NCBI GenBank assembly: GCA_035531755.1
Contig: DATKSK010000065.1
Coordinates: 35,211-59,210 of the forward strand
Source: Acidimicrobiales bacterium
GTDB taxonomy: Bacteria; Actinomycetota; Acidimicrobiia; Acidimicrobiales; UBA8190
Direction of reading: 5' to 3'
Length of the DNA stretch: 24,000 nt
Shown: positions 22,351-24,000 of the stretch, in pieces
Layout of the letters: each line of letters opens with the position of its first letter
How positions within the stretch are numbered: the stretch's first letter is position 1
Position numbers and translations under genes: made by a program
The notes under the pieces: model-generated
Databases searched by the model: none
The model's input: the letters and a program-made list of their open reading frames with translations, nothing else
Told to the model about the DNA's origin: nothing

Positions 22351-23997
22351 CTACGTGGGCCGGGCGGCGGGAGCGCCCCACGATCCCTCCAGCGCCACAG
22401 CGTCGGGGGAACCGCTGTCGGCGATGGCGGGAGCGGCCCGGGCGCTGTCGGCGGCGCCACGGGCGCTCACGCTGTCGCGCAGCGGGATCTCCTTGAGGAA
22501 CAGGGCGAAGACGAGGGCGATCCCCGCCAGCGGGACGCCGACGACGAACACGAGGTGCAGGGAGCGCACGAAGGACTCCACCACACCGGCTCGCACCGCC
22601 GGGGGCAACGCGTGGAGGGCCTTCGGCGTGATGGTGAACGACTGCGACAGGTCGAGCGTCGTGCGGCCGTGGACCAGGCGCGGCAGCCAGAAGCCGAGCC
22701 TGCTCACGAGCACCGCGCCGAGCATGGCGGTGCCGCTCGCCGCCCCGATGTTGCGGAAGAAGCTGATCGCCGAGGTGGCGCTGCCGATGTCGCGGCGGTC
22801 GACGGCGTTCTGGACGGCGACGACGGCGATCTGCAGCGTCATCCCCATACCCACGCCGAAGACGACCAGGTAGCCGCTCGACACGAGCAGCGAGGTGTGG
22901 GCACCCAGGTGGACGAGGAGCCACATCCCGAGGGTCATGAGCGCAGTCCCCGACACGGGGAAGACCTTGTAGCGGCCGGAGCGCGTCACCAGCCGGCCCG
23001 ACACGATCGAGGTCGTGAGCATCCCGGCCATGAGGGGCAGGAGCAGCACGCCCGAGCGTGTGGGTGACACGCCGTCGACGAGCTGGAGGTAGACGGGGAT
23101 GTAGATGGTGACGGCGAACATGGCCGCCGTCACGAAGAACGTCATCCCCAACGCGGCCCGGACCACCGGCCGGGTGAAGGCGCGCGGCGGGAAGATCGGC
23201 TCGGGAGCCCGCCGCTCCCACCACACGACGGCCACGATCATGGCGAGCGACAGCACCACGAGGCCGATGATCGTCGGTGACCCCCACGGCAACGAGCGCC
23301 CTCCGAGCACGGTGACGAGCAACAGCGGGGTCACCGCCCCCACCAACAGGGCCGAACCCAGGTAATCGATGGAATGGTCGCCGCGGGCGGGCACCGGCAG
23401 CCGCAGGACGGCGCTCGTGATGACGAGGGCGAGGATCCCCACCGGGACGTTGATGTAGAAGATCCAGCGCCAGGTCAGGTGATCGGTCAGGAAGCCGCCG
23501 GCGAGGGGGCCGCCGAAGCTGGCGAGCGCGAACACGGCCCCGAAGTACCCCTGGTAGCGACCCCGCTCCCTGGGGCTCACGATGTCGCCGACGATGGCCA
23601 TGGCGAGCGCCATCAGGCCGCCGCCGCCGAGGCCCTGCAACGCCCGGAAGGCGATCAGCTGGTCCATGTTGCGGCTGAGTCCCGACAGCGCGGAGCCGGC
23701 GAGGAAGATCACGATGGCGATCTGGAAGATCTTCTTGCGCCCGTAGAGGTCGGAGATCTTGCCGTACAGCGGCGTCGACAGCGTGGTGGTGAGCAGGTAG
23801 GCCGTCACCACCCACGACAGATGGTTGAGCCCGTGCAGCTCCCCCACGATCGTCGGCAGGGCCGTCGCCACGATCGTCTGGTCCAGCGCGGCGAGGAGCA
23901 TGCCCAGCATGAGCCCGCTGAGCACGATCAGGACCTGGCGGTGGGTGAGGTCTCCGCTGGTCTGGTCGCGGGGGACGCCGCTTCGGGGCTCGGACAT
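22351..23997 (-). CDS. MFS transporter, DHA2 (EmrB/QacA-like, 14-TMS) drug:H+ antiporter family
   Basis: LDQTIVATALPTIVGELHG, YGKISDLYGRKK, LQGLGGGGLMALAMAIVGDIVSPRERGRYQG and WRWIFYINVPVG are DHA2 signature stretches. Length is 548 aa. ATG at 23997, TAG at 22351-22353. Confidence 0.9.
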   Translation of the reverse strand: MSEPRSGVPRDQTSGDLTHRQVLIVLSGLMLGMLLAALDQTIVATALPTIVGELHGLNHLSWVVTAYLLTTTLSTPLYGKISDLYGRKKIFQIAIVIFLAGSALSGLSRNMDQLIAFRALQGLGGGGLMALAMAIVGDIVSPRERGRYQGYFGAVFALASFGGPLAGGFLTDHLTWRWIFYINVPVGILALVITSAVLRLPVPARGDHSIDYLGSALLVGAVTPLLLVTVLGGRSLPWGSPTIIGLVVLSLAMIVAVVWWERRAPEPIFPPRAFTRPVVRAALGMTFFVTAAMFAVTIYIPVYLQLVDGVSPTRSGVLLLPLMAGMLTTSIVSGRLVTRSGRYKVFPVSGTALMTLGMWLLVHLGAHTSLLVSSGYLVVFGVGMGMTLQIAVVAVQNAVDRRDIGSATSAISFFRNIGAASGTAMLGAVLVSRLGFWLPRLVHGRTTLDLSQSFTITPKALHALPPAVRAGVVESFVRSLHLVFVVGVPLAGIALVFALFLKEIPLRDSVSARGAADSARAAPAIADSGSPDAVALEGSWGAPAARPT

Positions 23998-24000
23998 GAC

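Noticed and set aside
21284-23815. 843-aa minus-strand ORF spanning the CPBP and MFS genes
   Set aside because: It is out of frame relative to two ORFs with convincing membrane-protein and motif content. Its own translation is Arg/Pro/Gly-rich noise.
1-24000. Genomic island, prophage, defence island or mobile element signatures
   Set aside because: I found no integrase, transposase, recombinase, tRNA attachment site, terminal inverted repeats, nuclease/helicase/ATPase defence-type genes or compositional break. The content is metabolic and transport genes with uniform GC and codon bias.

Overview
Very GC-rich DNA (by eye above 70% G+C, frequent GTG starts, strong G/C third-position bias), which looks like an actinobacterial chromosome. 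The window is almost wall-to-wall coding. I support 22 protein-coding genes, 18 of them on the minus strand. I see no rRNA, tRNA, CRISPR array, transposase, integrase or transcription factor. The many long Arg/Pro/Gly-rich ORFs in the six-frame track are off-frame artefacts of the GC content. Gene order: (1) a 5'-truncated phospholipase C/phosphoesterase; (2) a minus-strand operon of a DUF1876 protein, an ABC ATPase and two ABC-2 permeases; (3) an orphan hypothetical protein; (4) an esterase, a free-standing lipoyl-domain protein and a fused E1 alpha-beta 2-oxoacid dehydrogenase; (5) a divergent helical-repeat hypothetical protein; (6) a long minus-strand oxidative operon of SDR, KstD-like flavoprotein, Rieske oxygenase alpha subunit, acyl-CoA synthetase and D-aminoacylase-type amidohydrolase; (7) a CMD/AhpD-like protein; (8) an aldo-keto reductase, a MetE-like Zn alkyltransferase, a VOC protein and an SDR; (9) a CPBP intramembrane protease with a Pro/Trp-rich N-terminus, and a DHA2 MFS exporter. 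The items most worth follow-up are: the E1ab fusion with a 75-aa lipoyl carrier and no E2 core or E3; the DUF1876 (Rv1738/Rv2632c family) gene coupled by a GTGA overlap to an ABC-2 exporter; the GTGA-chained oxidative operon; a perfect 15-bp x3 in-frame tandem repeat in the acyl-CoA synthetase; and a 9-bp anti-SD/SD inverted repeat in front of the amidohydrolase. All family calls come from reading the translations by eye, with no database search.
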